DNA of 64,000 nucleotides, from contig OZ024748.1 in NCBI GenBank assembly GCA_964016885.1, positions 37,572,001 to 37,636,000 of the forward strand, given 5' to 3'. This DNA is from Eledone cirrhosa. Taxonomy: Eukaryota. The notes under the pieces are model-generated. The model was given only the letters and a program-made list of their open reading frames with translations, ran no database searches and had not been told where the DNA came from. The position numbers and the translations under genes were made by a program. Numbering within the stretch: position 1 is the stretch's first letter; the number at the start of each line of letters is the position of its first letter. Positions 13,201-28,300 of this stretch are shown piece by piece.

Positions 13201-16200
13201 AACTACCACTAGATCTAGTATGGCAATGTCAGTGTTAGTGTTAACTACCACTAGATCTAGTATGGCAATGTCAGTGTCAGTGTTACCTACCTCTAGATCT
13301 AGTATGACAATGTTAGTGTCAGTTTTAACTACCACTAGATCTAGTATGACAATGTCAGTGTCAGTGTTAACTACCTCTAGATCTAGTATGACAATGTCAG
13401 AGTTAACTACCACTAGATCTAGTATGTCAATGTCAGTGTCAGTGTTAACTACCTCTAGATCTAGTATGACAATGTTAGTGGCAGTGTTAACTACCACTAG
13501 ATCTAGTATGTCAATGTCAGTGTCAGTGATAACTACCTCTAGATCTAGTATGACAATGTCAGTGTTAACTACCTCTAGATCTAGTATGGCAATGTCAGTG
13601 TCAGTGTTAACTACCTCTAGATCTAGTATGACAACGTCAGTGTCAGTGTAAACTACCGCTAGATCTAGTATGGCAATGTAAGTGTTAACTAGCTCTAGAT
13701 CTAGTATGACAATATCAGTGTCAGTGTTAACTACCTCTAGATCTAGTATGACGATGTCAGTGTCAGTGTTAACTACCTCTAGATCTAGTATGACAATGTC
13801 AGTGTCAGTGTTAACTACCTCTAGATCTAGTATGACAATGTCAGTGTCAGTGTTAACTACCTCTAGATCTAGTATAACAATGTCAGTGTCAGTGATAACT
13901 ACCTCTAGATCTATTATGACAATGTCAGTGTCAGTGTTAACTACCTCTAGATCTATTATGACAATGTCAGTGTCAGTGTTAACTACCTCTAGATCTAGTA
14001 TAACAATGTCAGTGTCAGTGATAACTACCTCTAGATCTAGTATGACAATGTCAGTGTCAGTGTTAACTACCTCTAGATCTAGTGTGACAATGTTAGTGTC
14101 AGTGTTAACTACCTCTAGATCTAGTATGACAATGTTAGTGTCAGTGTTAACTACCTCTAGATCTAGTATGGCAATGTCAGTGTTAACTACCTCTAGATCT
14201 AGTATGACAATGTTAGTGTCAGTGTTAACTACCTCTAGATCTAGTATGGCAATGTCAGTGTCAATGTTAACTACCTCTTGATCTAGTATGACAATGTCAG
14301 TGTCAGTGTTAACTACCTCTAGATCTAGTATGACAATGTCAGTGTCAGTGTTTACTACCTCTAGATCTAGTATGACAATGTCAGTGTCAGTGTTAACTAC
14401 CACTAGATCTAGTATGGCAATGTCAGTGTCAGTGTTAACTACCTCTAGATCTAGTGTGACAATGTTAGTGTCAGTGATAACTACCTCTAGATCTAGTGTG
14501 ACAATGTTAGTGTCAGTGATAACTACCTCTAGATCTAGTATGACAATGTTAGTGTCAGTGTTAACTACCACTAGATCTAGTATGACAATGTCAGTGTCAG
14601 TGTTAACTACCTCTAGATCTAGTATGACAATGTTAGTGTCAGTGTTAACTACCACTAGATCTAGTATGACAATGTTAGTATCAGTGTTAACTACCACTAG
14701 ATCTAGTATGGCAATGTCAGTGTCAGTGTTAACTACCTCTAGATCTAGTATGGCAATGTCAGTGTTAACTACCTCTAGATCTAGTATGACAATGTTAGTG
14801 TCAGTGTTGACTACCTCTAGATCTAGTATGGCAATGTCAGTGTCAGTGTTAACTACCTCTAGATCTAGTATGGCAATGTAAGTGTTAACTACCTCTAGAT
14901 CTAGTATGACAATGTTAGTGTCAGTGTTAACTACCTCTAAATCTAGTATGACAATGTCAGTGTCAGTGTTAACTACCTCTAGATCTAGTGTGACAATGTT
15001 AGTGTCAATGTTACCTACCTCTAGATCTATTATGAAAATGTTAGTGTCAGTGTTACCTACCTCTACATCTAGTATGACAATGTTAGTGTCAGTGTTAACT
15101 AGCTCTAGATCTAGTATGACAATGTTAGTGTCAGTGTTAACTACCTCTAGATCTAGTGTGACAATGTTAGTGTCAGTGTTAACTACCTCTAGATCTAGTA
15201 TGACAACGTCAGTGTCAGTGTTAACTACCTCTAGATCTAGTATAACAATGTCAGTGACAGTGATAACTACCTCTAGATCTAGTATGACAATGTCAGTGTC
15301 AGTGTTAACTACCTCTAGATCTAGTATGACAATGTTAGTGTCAGTGTTAACTACCACTAGATCTAGTATGTCAATATCAGTGTCAGTGATAACTACCTCT
15401 AGATCTAGTATGACAATGTCAGTGTCAGTGTTAACTACCTCTAGATCGAGTGTGACAATGTTATTGTCAGTGTTAACTACCACTAGATCTAGTATGTCAA
15501 TGTCAGTGTCAGTGTTAACTACCTCGAGATCTAGTATGACAATGTTAGTGTCAGTGTTAACTACCACTAGATCTAGTAACGCAATGTCAGTGTCAGTGTT
15601 AACTACCTCTAGATCTAGTATGACGATGTTAGTGTCAGTGTTATCTACCTCTAGATCTAGTATGACAATGTTAGTATCAGTGTTAACTACCACTAGATCT
15701 AGTATGGCAATGTCAGTGTTAACTACCTCTAGATCTAGTATGGCAATGTAAGTGTTAACTACCTCTAGATCGAGTATGACAATGTATGTGATAACTACCT
15801 CTAGATCTAGTATGGCAATATATGTGATAACTACCTCTAGATCTAGGATGACAATGTTAGTGTCAGTGTTAACTACCTCTAGATCTAGTATGGCAATGTC
15901 AGTGTTAACTACCACTAGATCTAGTATGACAATGTTAGTGTCAGTGTTAACTACCTCTAGATCTAGTATGACAATGTTAGTGTCAGTGTTAACTACCACC
16001 AGATCTAGTATGGCAATGTCAGTGTCAGTGTTAACTACCTCTCGATCTAGTATGGCAATGTAAATGTTAACTACCACCAGATCTAGTATGGCAATGTTAG
16101 TGTCAGTGTTAACTACCTCTAGATCTAGTATGACAATGTTAGTGTCAGTGTTAACTACCTCTAGATCTAGTATGACAATGTCAGTGTCAGTGTTAACTAC

Positions 16201-19200
16201 CTCTAGATCTAGTATGACAATGTTAGTGTCAGTGTTAACTACCTCTAGATCTAGTGTGACAATGTTAGTGTCAGTGATAACTACCTCTAGATCTAGTATG
16301 ACAATGTTAGTGTCAGTGTTAACTACCACTAGATCTAGTATGACAATGTCAGTGTCAGTGTTAACTACCTCTAGATCTAGTATGACAAAGTGTCAGTGTT
16401 AACTATCTCTAGATCTAGTATGACAATGTTAGTGTCAGTGTTAACTACCACTAGATCTAGTATGACAATGTTAGTATCAGTGTTAACTACCACTAGATCT
16501 AGTATGGCAATGTCAGTGTCAGTGTTAACTACCACTAGATCTAGTATGGCAATGTCAGTGTCAGTGTTACCTACCTCTAGATCTAGTATGACAATGTTAG
16601 AGTCAGTGTTAACTACCACTAGATCTAGTATGACAATGTCAGTGTCAGTGTTCACTACCTCTAGATCTAGTATGACAATGTCAGAGTTAACTACCACTAG
16701 ATCTAGTATGTAAATGTCAGTGTCAGTGTTAACTACCTCTAGATCTAGTATGACAATGTTAGTGTCAGTGTTAACTACCACTAGATCTAGTATGTCAATG
16801 TCAGTGTCAGTGATAACTACCTCTAGATCTAGTATGACAATGTCAGTGTTAACTACCTCTAGATCGAGTGTGACAATGTTAGTGTCAGTGTTAATTACCA
16901 CTAGATCTAGTATGTCAATGTCAGTGTCAGTGTTAACTACCTCTAGATCTAGTATGACAATGTTAGTGTCAGTGTTAACTACCTCTAGATCTAGTATGAC
17001 AATGTTAGTATCAGTGTTAACTACCTCTAGATCTAGTATGGCAATGTCAGACTTAACTACCTCTAGATCTAGTATGGCAATGTCAGTGTTAACTACCTCT
17101 AGATCTAGTATGGCAATGTAAGTGTTAACTACCTCTAGATCTATTATGACAATGTTAGTGTCAGTGTTAACTACCTCTAGATCTAGTATGACAATGTTAG
17201 TATCAGAGTTTACTACCTCTAGATCTAGTGTGACAATGTTAGTGTCAGTGGTAACTACCTCTAGATCTATTATGACAATGTCAGTGTCAGTGTTAACTAC
17301 CTCTAGATCTAGTATGACAATGTCAGTGTCAGTGTTAACTACCTCTAGATCTATTATGACAATGTCAGTGTCAGTGTTAACTACCTCTAGATCTAGTATG
17401 ACAATGTCAGTGTCAGAGTTAACTACCACTAGATCTAGTATGACAATGTCAGTGTCAGTGTTAACTACCTCTAGATCTAGTGTGACAATGTTAGTGTCAG
17501 TGTTAACTACCTCTAGATCTAGTATGACAATGTCAGTGTCAGTGTTAACTACCTCTAGATCTAGTATGACAATTTTAGTGTCAGTGTTAACTACCTCTAG
17601 ATCTAGTATGGCAATGTCAGTGTCAGTGTTAACTATCTCTAGATCTAGTATGGCAATGTATGTGATAACTACCTCTAGATCTAGTATGTCAATGTATGTG
17701 ATAACTACCTCTAGATCTAGGATGACAATGTTAGTGTCAGAGTTTACTACCTCTAGATCTAGTGTGACAATATTAGTGACAGTATTAACTACCTCTAGAT
17801 CTAGTATGACAATGTTAGTGTCAGTGTTAACTACCTCTAGATCTAGTATGGCAATGTCAGTGTTAACTACCACTAGATCTAGTATGACAATGTTAGTGTC
17901 AGTGTTAACTACCTCTAGATCTAGTATGACAATGTTAGTGTCAGTGTTAACTACCACCAGATCTAGTATGGCAATGTCAGTGTCAGTGTTAACTACCTCT
18001 CGATCTAGTATGGCAATGTAAATGTTAACTACCACCAGATCTAGTATGGCAATGTTAGTGTCAGTGTTAACTACCTCTAGATCTAGTATGACAATGTTAG
18101 TGTCAGTGTTAACTACCTCTAGATCTAGTATGACAATGTCAGTGTCAGTGTTAACTACCTCTAGATCTAGTATGACAATGTTAGTGTCAGTGTTAACTAC
18201 CTCTAGATCTAGTGTGACAATGTTAGTGTCAGTGATAACTACCTCTAGATCTAGTATGACAATGTTAGTGTCAGTGTTAACTACCACTAGATCTAGTATG
18301 ACAATGTCAGTGTCAGTGTTAACTACCTCTAGATCTAGTATGACAAAGTATCAGTGTTAACTACCTCTAGATCTAGTATGACAATGTTAGTGTCAGTGTT
18401 AACTACCACTAGATCTAGTATGACAATGTTAGTATCAGTATTAACTACCACTAGATCTAGTATGGCAATGTCAGTGTCAGTGTTAACTACCACTAGATCT
18501 AGTATGGCAATGTCAGTGTCAGTGTTACCTACCTCTAGATCTAGTATGACAATGTTAGTGTCAGTGTTAACTACCACTAGATCTAGTATGACAATGTCAG
18601 TGTCAGTGTTAACTACCTCTAGATCTAGTATGACAATGTCAGAGTTAACTACCACTAGATCTAGTATGTCAATGTCAGTGTCAGTGTTAACTACCTCTAG
18701 ATCTAGTATGACAATGTTAGTGGCAGTTTTAACTACCACTAGATCTAGTATGTCAATGTCAGTGTCAGTGATAACTACCTCTAGATCTAGTATGACAATG
18801 TCAGTGTTAACTACCTCTAGATCTAGTATGGCAATGTCAGTGTCAGTGTTAACTACCTCTAGATCTAGTATGACAACGTCAGTGTCAGTGTTAACTACCT
18901 CTAGATCTAGTATGACAATGTCAGTGTCAGTGTTAACTACCTCTAGATCTAGTATGACAACGTCAGTGTCAGTGTTAACTACCTCTAGATCTAGTATGGC
19001 AATGTCAGTGTCAGTGTTAACTACCTCTAGATCTAGTATGACAACGTCAGTGTCAGTGTTAACTACCGCTAGATCTAGTATGGCAATGTAAGTGTTAACT
19101 AGCTCTAGATCTAGTATGACAATGTCAGTGTCAGTGTTAACTACCTCTAGATCTAGTATGACAATGTCAGTGTCAGTGTTAACTACCTCTAGATCTAGTA

Positions 19201-22200
19201 TGACAATGTCAGTGTCAGTGTTAACTACCTCCAGATCTAGTATGACAATGTCAGTGTCAGTGTTAACTACCTCTAGATCTAGTATAACAATGTCAGTGTC
19301 AGTGATAACTACCTCTAGATCTATTATGACAATGTCAGTGTCAGTGTTAACTACCTCTAGATCTATTATGACAATGTCAGTGTCAGTGTTAACTACCTCT
19401 AGATCTAGTATAACAATGTCAGTGTCAGTGATAACTACCTCTAGATCTAGTATGACAATGTCAGTGTCAGTGTTAACTACCTCTAGATCTAGTGTGACAA
19501 TGTTAGTGTCAGTGTTAACTACCTCTAGATCTAGTATGACAATGTTAGTGTCAGTGTTAACTACCTCTAGATCTAGTATGGCAATGTCAGTGTTAACTAC
19601 CTCTAGATCTAGTATGACAATGTTAGTGTCAGTGTTAACTACCTCTAGATCTAGTATGGCAATGTCAGTGTCAGTGTTAACTACCTCTTGATCTAGTATG
19701 ACAATGTCAGTGTCAGTGTTAACTACCTCTAGATCTAGTATGACAATGTCAGTGTCAGTGTTAACTACCTCTAGATCTAGTATGACAATGTCAGTGTCAG
19801 TGTTAACTACCACTAGATCTAGTATGTCAACGTCAGTGTCAGTCTTAACTACCTCTAGATCTAGTGTGACAATGTTAGTGTCAGTGATAACTACCTCTAG
19901 ATCTAGTGTGACAATGTTAGTGTCAGTGATAACTACCTCTAGATCTAGTATGACAATGTTAGTGTCAGTGTTAACTACCACTAGATCTAGTATGACAATG
20001 TCAGTGTCAGTGTTAACTACCTCTAGATCTAGTATGACAAAGTGTCAGTGTTAACTACCTCTAGATCTAGTATGACAATGTTAGTGTCAGTGTTAACTAC
20101 CACTAGATCTAGTATGACAATGTTAGTATCAGTGTTAACTACCACTAGATCTAGTATGGCAATGTCAGTGTCAGTGTTAACTACCTCTAGATCTAGTATG
20201 GCAATGTCAGTGTTAACTACCTCTAGATCTAGTATGACAATGTTAGTGTCAGTGTTGACTACCTCTAGATCTAGTATGGCAATGTCAGTGTCAGTGTTAA
20301 CTACCTCTAGATCTAGTATGGCAATGTAAGTGTTAACTACCTCTAGATCTAGTATGACAATGTTAGTGTCAGTGTTAACTACCTCTAAATCTAGTATGAC
20401 AATCTCAGTGTCAGTGTTAACTACCTCTAGATCTAGTGTGACAATGTTAGTGTCAATGTTACCTACCTCTAGATCTATTATGAAAATGTTAGTGTCAGTG
20501 TTACCTACCTCTACATCTAGTATGACAATGTTAGTGTCAGTGTTAACTAGCTCTAGATCTAGTATGACAATGTTAGTGTCAGTGTTAACTACCTCTAGAT
20601 CTAGTGTGACAATGTTAGTGTCAGTGTTAACTACCTCTAGATCTAGTATGACAACGTCAGTGTCAGTGTTAACTACCTCTAGATCTAGTATAACAATGTC
20701 AGTGACAGTGATAACTACCTCTAGATCTAGTATGACAATGTCAGTGTCAGTGTTAACTACCTCTAGATCTAGTATGACAATGTTAGTGTCAGTGTTAACT
20801 ACCACTAGATCTAGTATGTCAATGTCAGTGTCAGTGATAACTACCTCTAGATCTAGTATGACAATGTCAGTGTCAGTGTTAACTACCTCTAGATCGAGTG
20901 TGACAATGTTAGTGTCAGTGTTAATTACCACTAGATCTAGTATGTCAATGTCAGTGTCAGTGTTAACTACCTCTAGATCTAGTATGACAATGTTAGTGTC
21001 AGTGTTAACTACCTCTAGATCTAGTATGACAATGTTAGTATCAGTGTTAACTACCTCTAGATCTAGTATGGCAATGTCAGACTTAACTACCTCTAGATCT
21101 AGTATGGCAATGTCAGTGTTAACTACCTCTAGATCTAGTATGGCAATGTAAGTGTTAACTACCTCTAGATCTATTATGACAATGTTAGTGTCAGTGTTAA
21201 CTACCTCTAGATCTAGTATGACAATGTTAGTGTCAGAGTTTACTACCTCTAGATCTAGTGTGACAATGTTAGTGTCAGTGGTAACTACCTCTAGATCTAT
21301 TATGACAATGTCAGTGTCAGTGTTAACTACCTCTAGATCTAGTATGACAATGTCAGTGTCAGTGTTAACTACCTCTAGATCTAGTATGACAATGTCAGTG
21401 TCAGAGTTAACTACCACTAGATCTAGTATGACAATGTCAGTGTCAGTGTTAACTACCTCTAGATCTAGTGTGACAATGTTAGTGTCAGTGTTAACTACCT
21501 CTAGATCTAGTATGACAATGTCATGTCAGTGTTAACTACCTCTAGATCTAGTATGACAATTTTAGTGTCAGTGTTAACTACCTCTAGATCTAGTATGGCA
21601 ATGTCAGTGTCAGTGTTAACTATCTCTAGATCTAGTATGGCAATGTATGTGATAACTACCTCTAGATCTAGTATGTCAATGTATGTGATAACTACCTCTA
21701 GATCTAGGATGACAATGTTAGTGTCAGAGTTTACTACCTCTAGATCTAGTGTGACAATATTAGTGACAGTATTAACTACCTCTAGATCTAGTATGACAAT
21801 GTTAGTGTCAGTGTTAACTACCTCTAGATCTAGTATGGCAATGTCAGTGTTAACTACCACTAGATCTAGTATGACAATGTTAGTGTCAGTGTTAACTACC
21901 TCTAGATCTAGTATGACAATGTTAGTGTCAGTGTTAACTACCACCAGATCTAGTATGGCAATGTCAGTGTCAGTGTTAACTACCTCTCGATCTAGTATGG
22001 CAATGTAAATGTTAACTACCACCAGATCTAGTATGGCAATGTTAGTGTCAGTGTTAACTACCTCTAGATCTAGTATGACAATGTTAGTGTCAGTGTTAAC
22101 TACCTCTAGATCTAGTATGACAATGTCAGTGTCAGTGTTAACTACCTCTAGATCTAGTATGACAATGTTAGTGTCAGTGTTAACTACCTCTAGATCTAGT

Positions 22201-22333
22201 GTGACAATGTTAGTGTCAGTGATAACTACCTCTAGATCTAGTATGACAATGTTAGTGTCAGTGTTAACTACCACTAGATCTAGTATGACAATGTCAGTGT
22301 CAGTGTTAACTACCTCTAGATCTAGTATGACAA

Positions 22334-25300
22334 AGTATCAGTGTTAACTACCTCTAGATCTAGTATGACAATGTTAGTGTCAGTGTTAACTACCACTAGA
22401 TCTAGTATGACAATGTTAGTATCAGTGTTAACTACCACTAGATCTAGTATGGCAATGTCAGTGTCAGTGTTAACTACCACTAGATCTAGTATGGCAATGT
22501 CAGTGTCAGTGTTACCTACCTCTAGATCTAGTATGACAATGTTAGTGTCAGTGTTAACTACCACTAGATCTAGTATGACAATGTCAGTGTCAGTGTTAAC
22601 TACCTCTAGATCTAGTATGACAATGTCAGAGTTAACTACCACTAGATCTAGTATGTCAATGTCAGTGTCAGTGTTAACTACCTCTAGATCTAGTATGACA
22701 ATGTTAGTGGCAGTTTTAACTACCACTAGATCTAGTATGTCAATGTCAGTGTCAGTGATAACTACCTCTAGATCTAGTAGGACAATGTCAGTGTTAACTA
22801 CCTCTAGATCTAGTATGGCAATGTCAGTGTCAGTGTTAACTACCTCTAGATCTAGTATGACAACATCAGTGTCAGTGTTAACTACCTCTAGATCTAGTAT
22901 GACAATGTCAGTGTCAGTGTTAACTACCTCTAGATCTAGTATGACAACGTCAGTGTCAGTGTTAACTACCTCTAGATCTAGTATGGCAATGTCAGTGTCA
23001 GTGTTAACTACCTCTAGATCTAGTATGACAACGTCAGTGTCAGTGTTAACTACCGCTAGATCTAGTATGGCAATGTAAGTGTTAACTAGCTCTAGATCTA
23101 GTATGACAATGTCAGTGTCAGTGTTAACTACCTCTAGATCTAGTATGACAATGTCAGTGTCAGTGTTAACTACCTCTAGATCTAGTATGACAATGTCAGT
23201 GTCAGTGTTAACTACCTCTAGATCTAGTATGACAATGTCAGTGTCAGTGTTAACTACCTCTAGATCTAGTATAACAATGTCAGTGTCAGTGATAACTACC
23301 TCTAGATCTATTATGACAATGTCAGTGTCAGTGTTAACTACCTCTAGATCTATTATGACAATGTCAGTGTCAGTGTTAACTACCTCTAGATCTAGTATAA
23401 CAATGTCAGTGTCAGTGATAACTACCTCTAGATCTAGTATGACAATGTCAGTGTCAGTGTTAACTACCTCTAGATCTAGTGTGACAATGTTAGTGTCAGT
23501 GTTAACTACCTCTAGATCTAGTATGACAATGTTAGTGTCAGTGTTAACTACCTCTAGATCTAGTATGGCAATGTCAGTGTTAACTACCTCTAGATCTAGT
23601 ATGACAATGTTAGTGTCAGTGTTAACTACCTCTAGATCTAGTATGGCAATGTCAGTGTCAGTGTTAACTACCTCTTGATCTAGTATGACAATGTCAGTGT
23701 CAGTGTTAACTACCTCTAGATCTAGTATGATAATGTCAGTGTCAGTGTTAACTACCTCTAGATCTAGTATGACAATGTCAGTGTCAGTGTTAACTACCAC
23801 TAGATCTAGTATGTCAACGTCAGTGTCAGTCTTAACTACCTCTAGATCTAGTGTGACAATGTTAGTGTCAGTGATAACTACCTCTAGATCTAGTGTGACA
23901 ATGTTAGTGTCAGTGATAACTACCTCTAGATCTAGTATGACAATGTTAGTGTCAGTGTTAACTACCACTAGATCTAGTATGACAATGTCAGTGTCAGTGT
24001 TAACTACCTCTAGATCTAGTATGACAAAGTGTCAGTGTTAACTACCTCTAGATCTAGTATGACAATGTTAGTGTCAGTGTTAACTACCACTAGATGTAGT
24101 ATGACAATGTTAGTGTCAGTGTTGACTACCTCTAGATCTAGTATGGCAATGTCAGTGTCAGTGTTAACTACCTCTAGATCTAGTATGGCAATGTAAGTGT
24201 TAACTACCTCTAGATCTAGTATGACAATGTTAGTGTCAGTGTTAACTACCTCTAAATCTAGTATGACAATGTCAGTGTCAGTGTTAACTACCTCTAGATC
24301 TAGTGTGACAATGTTAGTGTCAATGTTACCTACCTCTAGATCTATTATGAAAATGTTAGTGTCAGTGTTACCTACCTCTACATCTAGTATGACAATGTTA
24401 GTGTCAGTGTTAACTAGCTCTAGATCTAGTATGACAATGTTAGTGTCAGTGTTAACTACCTCTAGATCTAGTGTGACAATGTTAGTGTCAGTGTTAACTA
24501 CCTCTAGATCTAGTATGACAACGTCAGTGTCAGTGTTAACTACCTCTAGATCTAGTATAACAATGTCAGTGACAGTGATAACTACCTCTAGATCTAGTAT
24601 GACAATGTCAGTGTCAGTGTTAACTACCTCTAGATCTAGTATGACAATGTTAGTGTCAGTGTTAACTACCACTAGATCTAGTATGTCAATGTCAGTGTCA
24701 GTGATAACTACCTCTAGATCTAGTATGACAATGTCAGTGTCAGTGTTAACTACCTCTAGATCGAGTGTGACAATGTTATTGTCAGTGTTAACTACCACTA
24801 GATCTAGTATGTCAATGTCAGTGTCAGTGTTAACTACCTCGAGATCTAGTATGACAATGTTAGTGTCAGTGTTAACTACCTCTAGATCTAGTATGACAAT
24901 GTTAGTATCAGTGTTAACTACCTCTAGATCTAGTATGGCAATGTAAGTGTTAACTACCTCTAGATCTATTATGACAATGTTAGTGTCAGTGTTAACTACC
25001 TCTAGATCTAGTATGACGATGTTAGTGTCAGTGTTATCTACCTCTAGATCTAGTATGACAATGTTAGTATCAGTGTTAACTACCACTAGATCTAGTATGG
25101 CAATGTCAGTGTTAACTACCTCTAGATCTAGTATGGCAATGTAAGTGTTAACTACCTCTAGATCTAGTATGATAATGTATGTGATAACTACCTCTAGATC
25201 TAGTATGGCAATGTATGTGATAACTACCTCTAGATCTAGGATGACAATGTTAGTGTCAGTGTTAACTACCTCTAGATCTAGTATGGCAATGTCAGTGTTA

Positions 25301-28300
25301 ACTACCACTAGATCTAGTATGACAATGTTAGTGTCAGTGTTAACTACCACCAGATCTAGTATGGCAATGTAAGTGTCAGTGTTAACTACCTCTCGATCTA
25401 GTATGGCAATGTAAATGTTAACTACCACCAGATCTAGTATGGCAATGTTAGTGTCAGTGTTAACTACCTCTAGATCTAGTATGACAATGTTAGTGTCAGT
25501 GTTAACTACCTCTAGATCTAGTATGACAATGTCAGTGTCAGTGTTAACTACCTCTAGATCTAGTATGACAATGTTAGTGTCAGTGTTAACTACCTCTAGA
25601 TCTAGTGTGACAATGTTAGTGTCAGTGATAACTACCTCTAGATCTAGTATGACAATGTTAGTGTCAGTGTTAACTACCACTAGATCTAGTATGACAATGT
25701 CAGTGTCAGTGTTAACTACCTCTAGATCTAGTATGACAAAGTGTCAGTGTTAACTACCTCTAGATCTAGTATGACAATGTTAGTGTCAGTGTTAACTACC
25801 ACTAGATCTAGTATGACAATGTTAGTATCAGTGTTAACTACCACTAGATCTAGTATGGCAATGTCAGTGTCAGTGTTAACTACCACTAGATCTAGTATGG
25901 CAATGTCAGTGTCAGTGTTAACTACCTCTAGATCTAGTGTGACAATGTTAGTGTCAATGTTACCTACCTCTAGATCTATTATGAAAATGTTAGTGTCAGT
26001 GTTACCTACCTCTACATCTAGTATGACAATGTTAGTGTCAGTGTTAACTAGCTCTAGATCTAGTATGACAATGTTAGTGTCAGTGTTAACTACCTCTAGA
26101 TCTAGTGTGACAATGTTAGTGTCAGTGTTAACTACCTCTAGATCTAGTATGACAACGTCAGTGTCAGTGTTAACTACCTCTAGATCTAGTATAACAATGT
26201 CAGTGACAGTGATAACTACCTCTAGATCTAGTATGACAATGTCAGTGTCAGTGTTAACTACCTCTAGATCTAGTATGACAATGTTAGTGTCAGTGTTAAC
26301 TACCACTAGATCTAGTATGTCAATGTCAGTGTCAGTGATAACTACCTCTAGATCTAGTATGACAATGTCAGTGTCAGTGTTAACTACCTCTAGATCGAGT
26401 GTGACAATGTTAGTGTCAGTGTTAATTACCACTAGATCTAGTATGTCAATGTCAGTGTCAGTGTTAACTACCTCTAGATCTAGTATGACAATGTTAGTGT
26501 CAGTGTTAACTACCTCTAGATCTAGTATGACAATGTTAGTATCAGTGTTAACTACCTCTAGATCTAGTATGGCAATGTCAGACTTAACTACCTCTAGATC
26601 TAGTATGGCAATGTCAGTGTTAACTACCTCTAGATCTAGTATGGCAATGTAAGTGTTAACTACCTCTAGATCTATTATGACAATGTTAGTGTCAGTGTTA
26701 ACTACCTCTAGATCTAGTATGACAATGTTAGTGTCAGAGTTTACTACCTCTAGATCTAGTGTGACAATGTTAGTGTCAGTGGTAACTACCTCTAGATCTA
26801 TTATGACAATGTCAGTTTCAGTGTTAACTACCTCTAGATCTAGTATGACAATGTCAGTGTCAGAGTTAACTACCACTAGATCTAGTATGACAATGTCAGT
26901 GTCAGTGTTAACTACCTCTAGATCTAGTGTGACAATGTTAGTGTCAGTGTTAACTACCTCTAGATCTAGTATGACAATGTCAGTGTCAGTGTTAACTACC
27001 TCTAGATCTAGTATGACAATTTTAGTGTCAGTGTTAACTACCTCTAGATCTAGTATGGCAATGTCAGTGTCAGTGTTAACTATCTCTAGATCTAGTATGG
27101 CAATGTATGTGATAACTACCTCTAGATCTAGTATGTCAATGTATGTGATAACTACCTCTAGATCTAGGATGACAATGTTAGTGTCAGAGTTTACTACCTC
27201 TAGATCTAGTGTGACAATATTAGTGACAGTATTAACTACCTCTAGATCTAGTATGACAATGTTAGTGTCAGTGTTAACTACCTCTAGATCTAGTATGGCA
27301 ATGTCAGTGTTAACTACCACTAGATCTAGTATGACAATGTTAGTGTCAGTGTTAACTACCTCTAGATCTAGTATGACAATGTTAGTGTCAGTGTTAACTA
27401 CCACCAGATCTAGTATGGCAATGTCAGTGTCAGTGTTAACTACCTCTCGATCTAGTATGGCAATGTAAATGTTAACTACCACCAGATCTAGTATGGCAAT
27501 GTTAGTGTCAGTGTTAACTACCTCTAGATCTAGTATGACAATGTTAGTGTCAGTGTTAACTACCTCTAGATCTAGTATGACAATGTTAGTGTCAGTGTTA
27601 ACTACCTCTAGATCTAGTGTGACAATGTTAGTGTCAGTGATAACTACCTCTAGATCTAGTATGACAATGTTAGTGTCAGTGTTAACTACCACTAGATCTA
27701 GTATGACAATGTCAGTGTCAGTGTTAACTACCTCTAGATCTAGTATGACAAAGTATCAGTGTTAACTACCTCTAGATCTAGTATGACAATGTTAGTGTCA
27801 GTGTTAACTACCACTAGATCTAGTATGACAATGTTAGTATCAGTGTTAACTACCACTAGATCTAGTATGGCAATGTCAGTGTCAGTGTTAACTACCACTA
27901 GATCTAGTATGGCAATGTCAGTGTCAGTGTTACCTACCTCTAGATCTAGTATGACAATGTTAGTGTCAGTGTTAACTACCACTAGATCTAGTATGACAAT
28001 GTCAGTGTCAGTGTTAACTACCTCTAGATCTAGTATGACAATGTCAGAGTTAACTACCACTAGATCTAGTATGTCAATGTCAGTGTCAGTGTTAACTACC
28101 TCTAGATCTAGTATGACAATGTTAGTGGCAGTTTTAACTACCACTAGATCTAGTATGTCAATGTCAGTGTCAGTGATAACTACCTCTAGATCTAGTAGGA
28201 CAATGTCAGTGTTAACTACCTCTAGATCTAGTATGGCAATGTCAGTGTCAGTGTTAACTACCTCTAGATCTAGTATGACAACGTCAGTGTCAGTGTTAAC

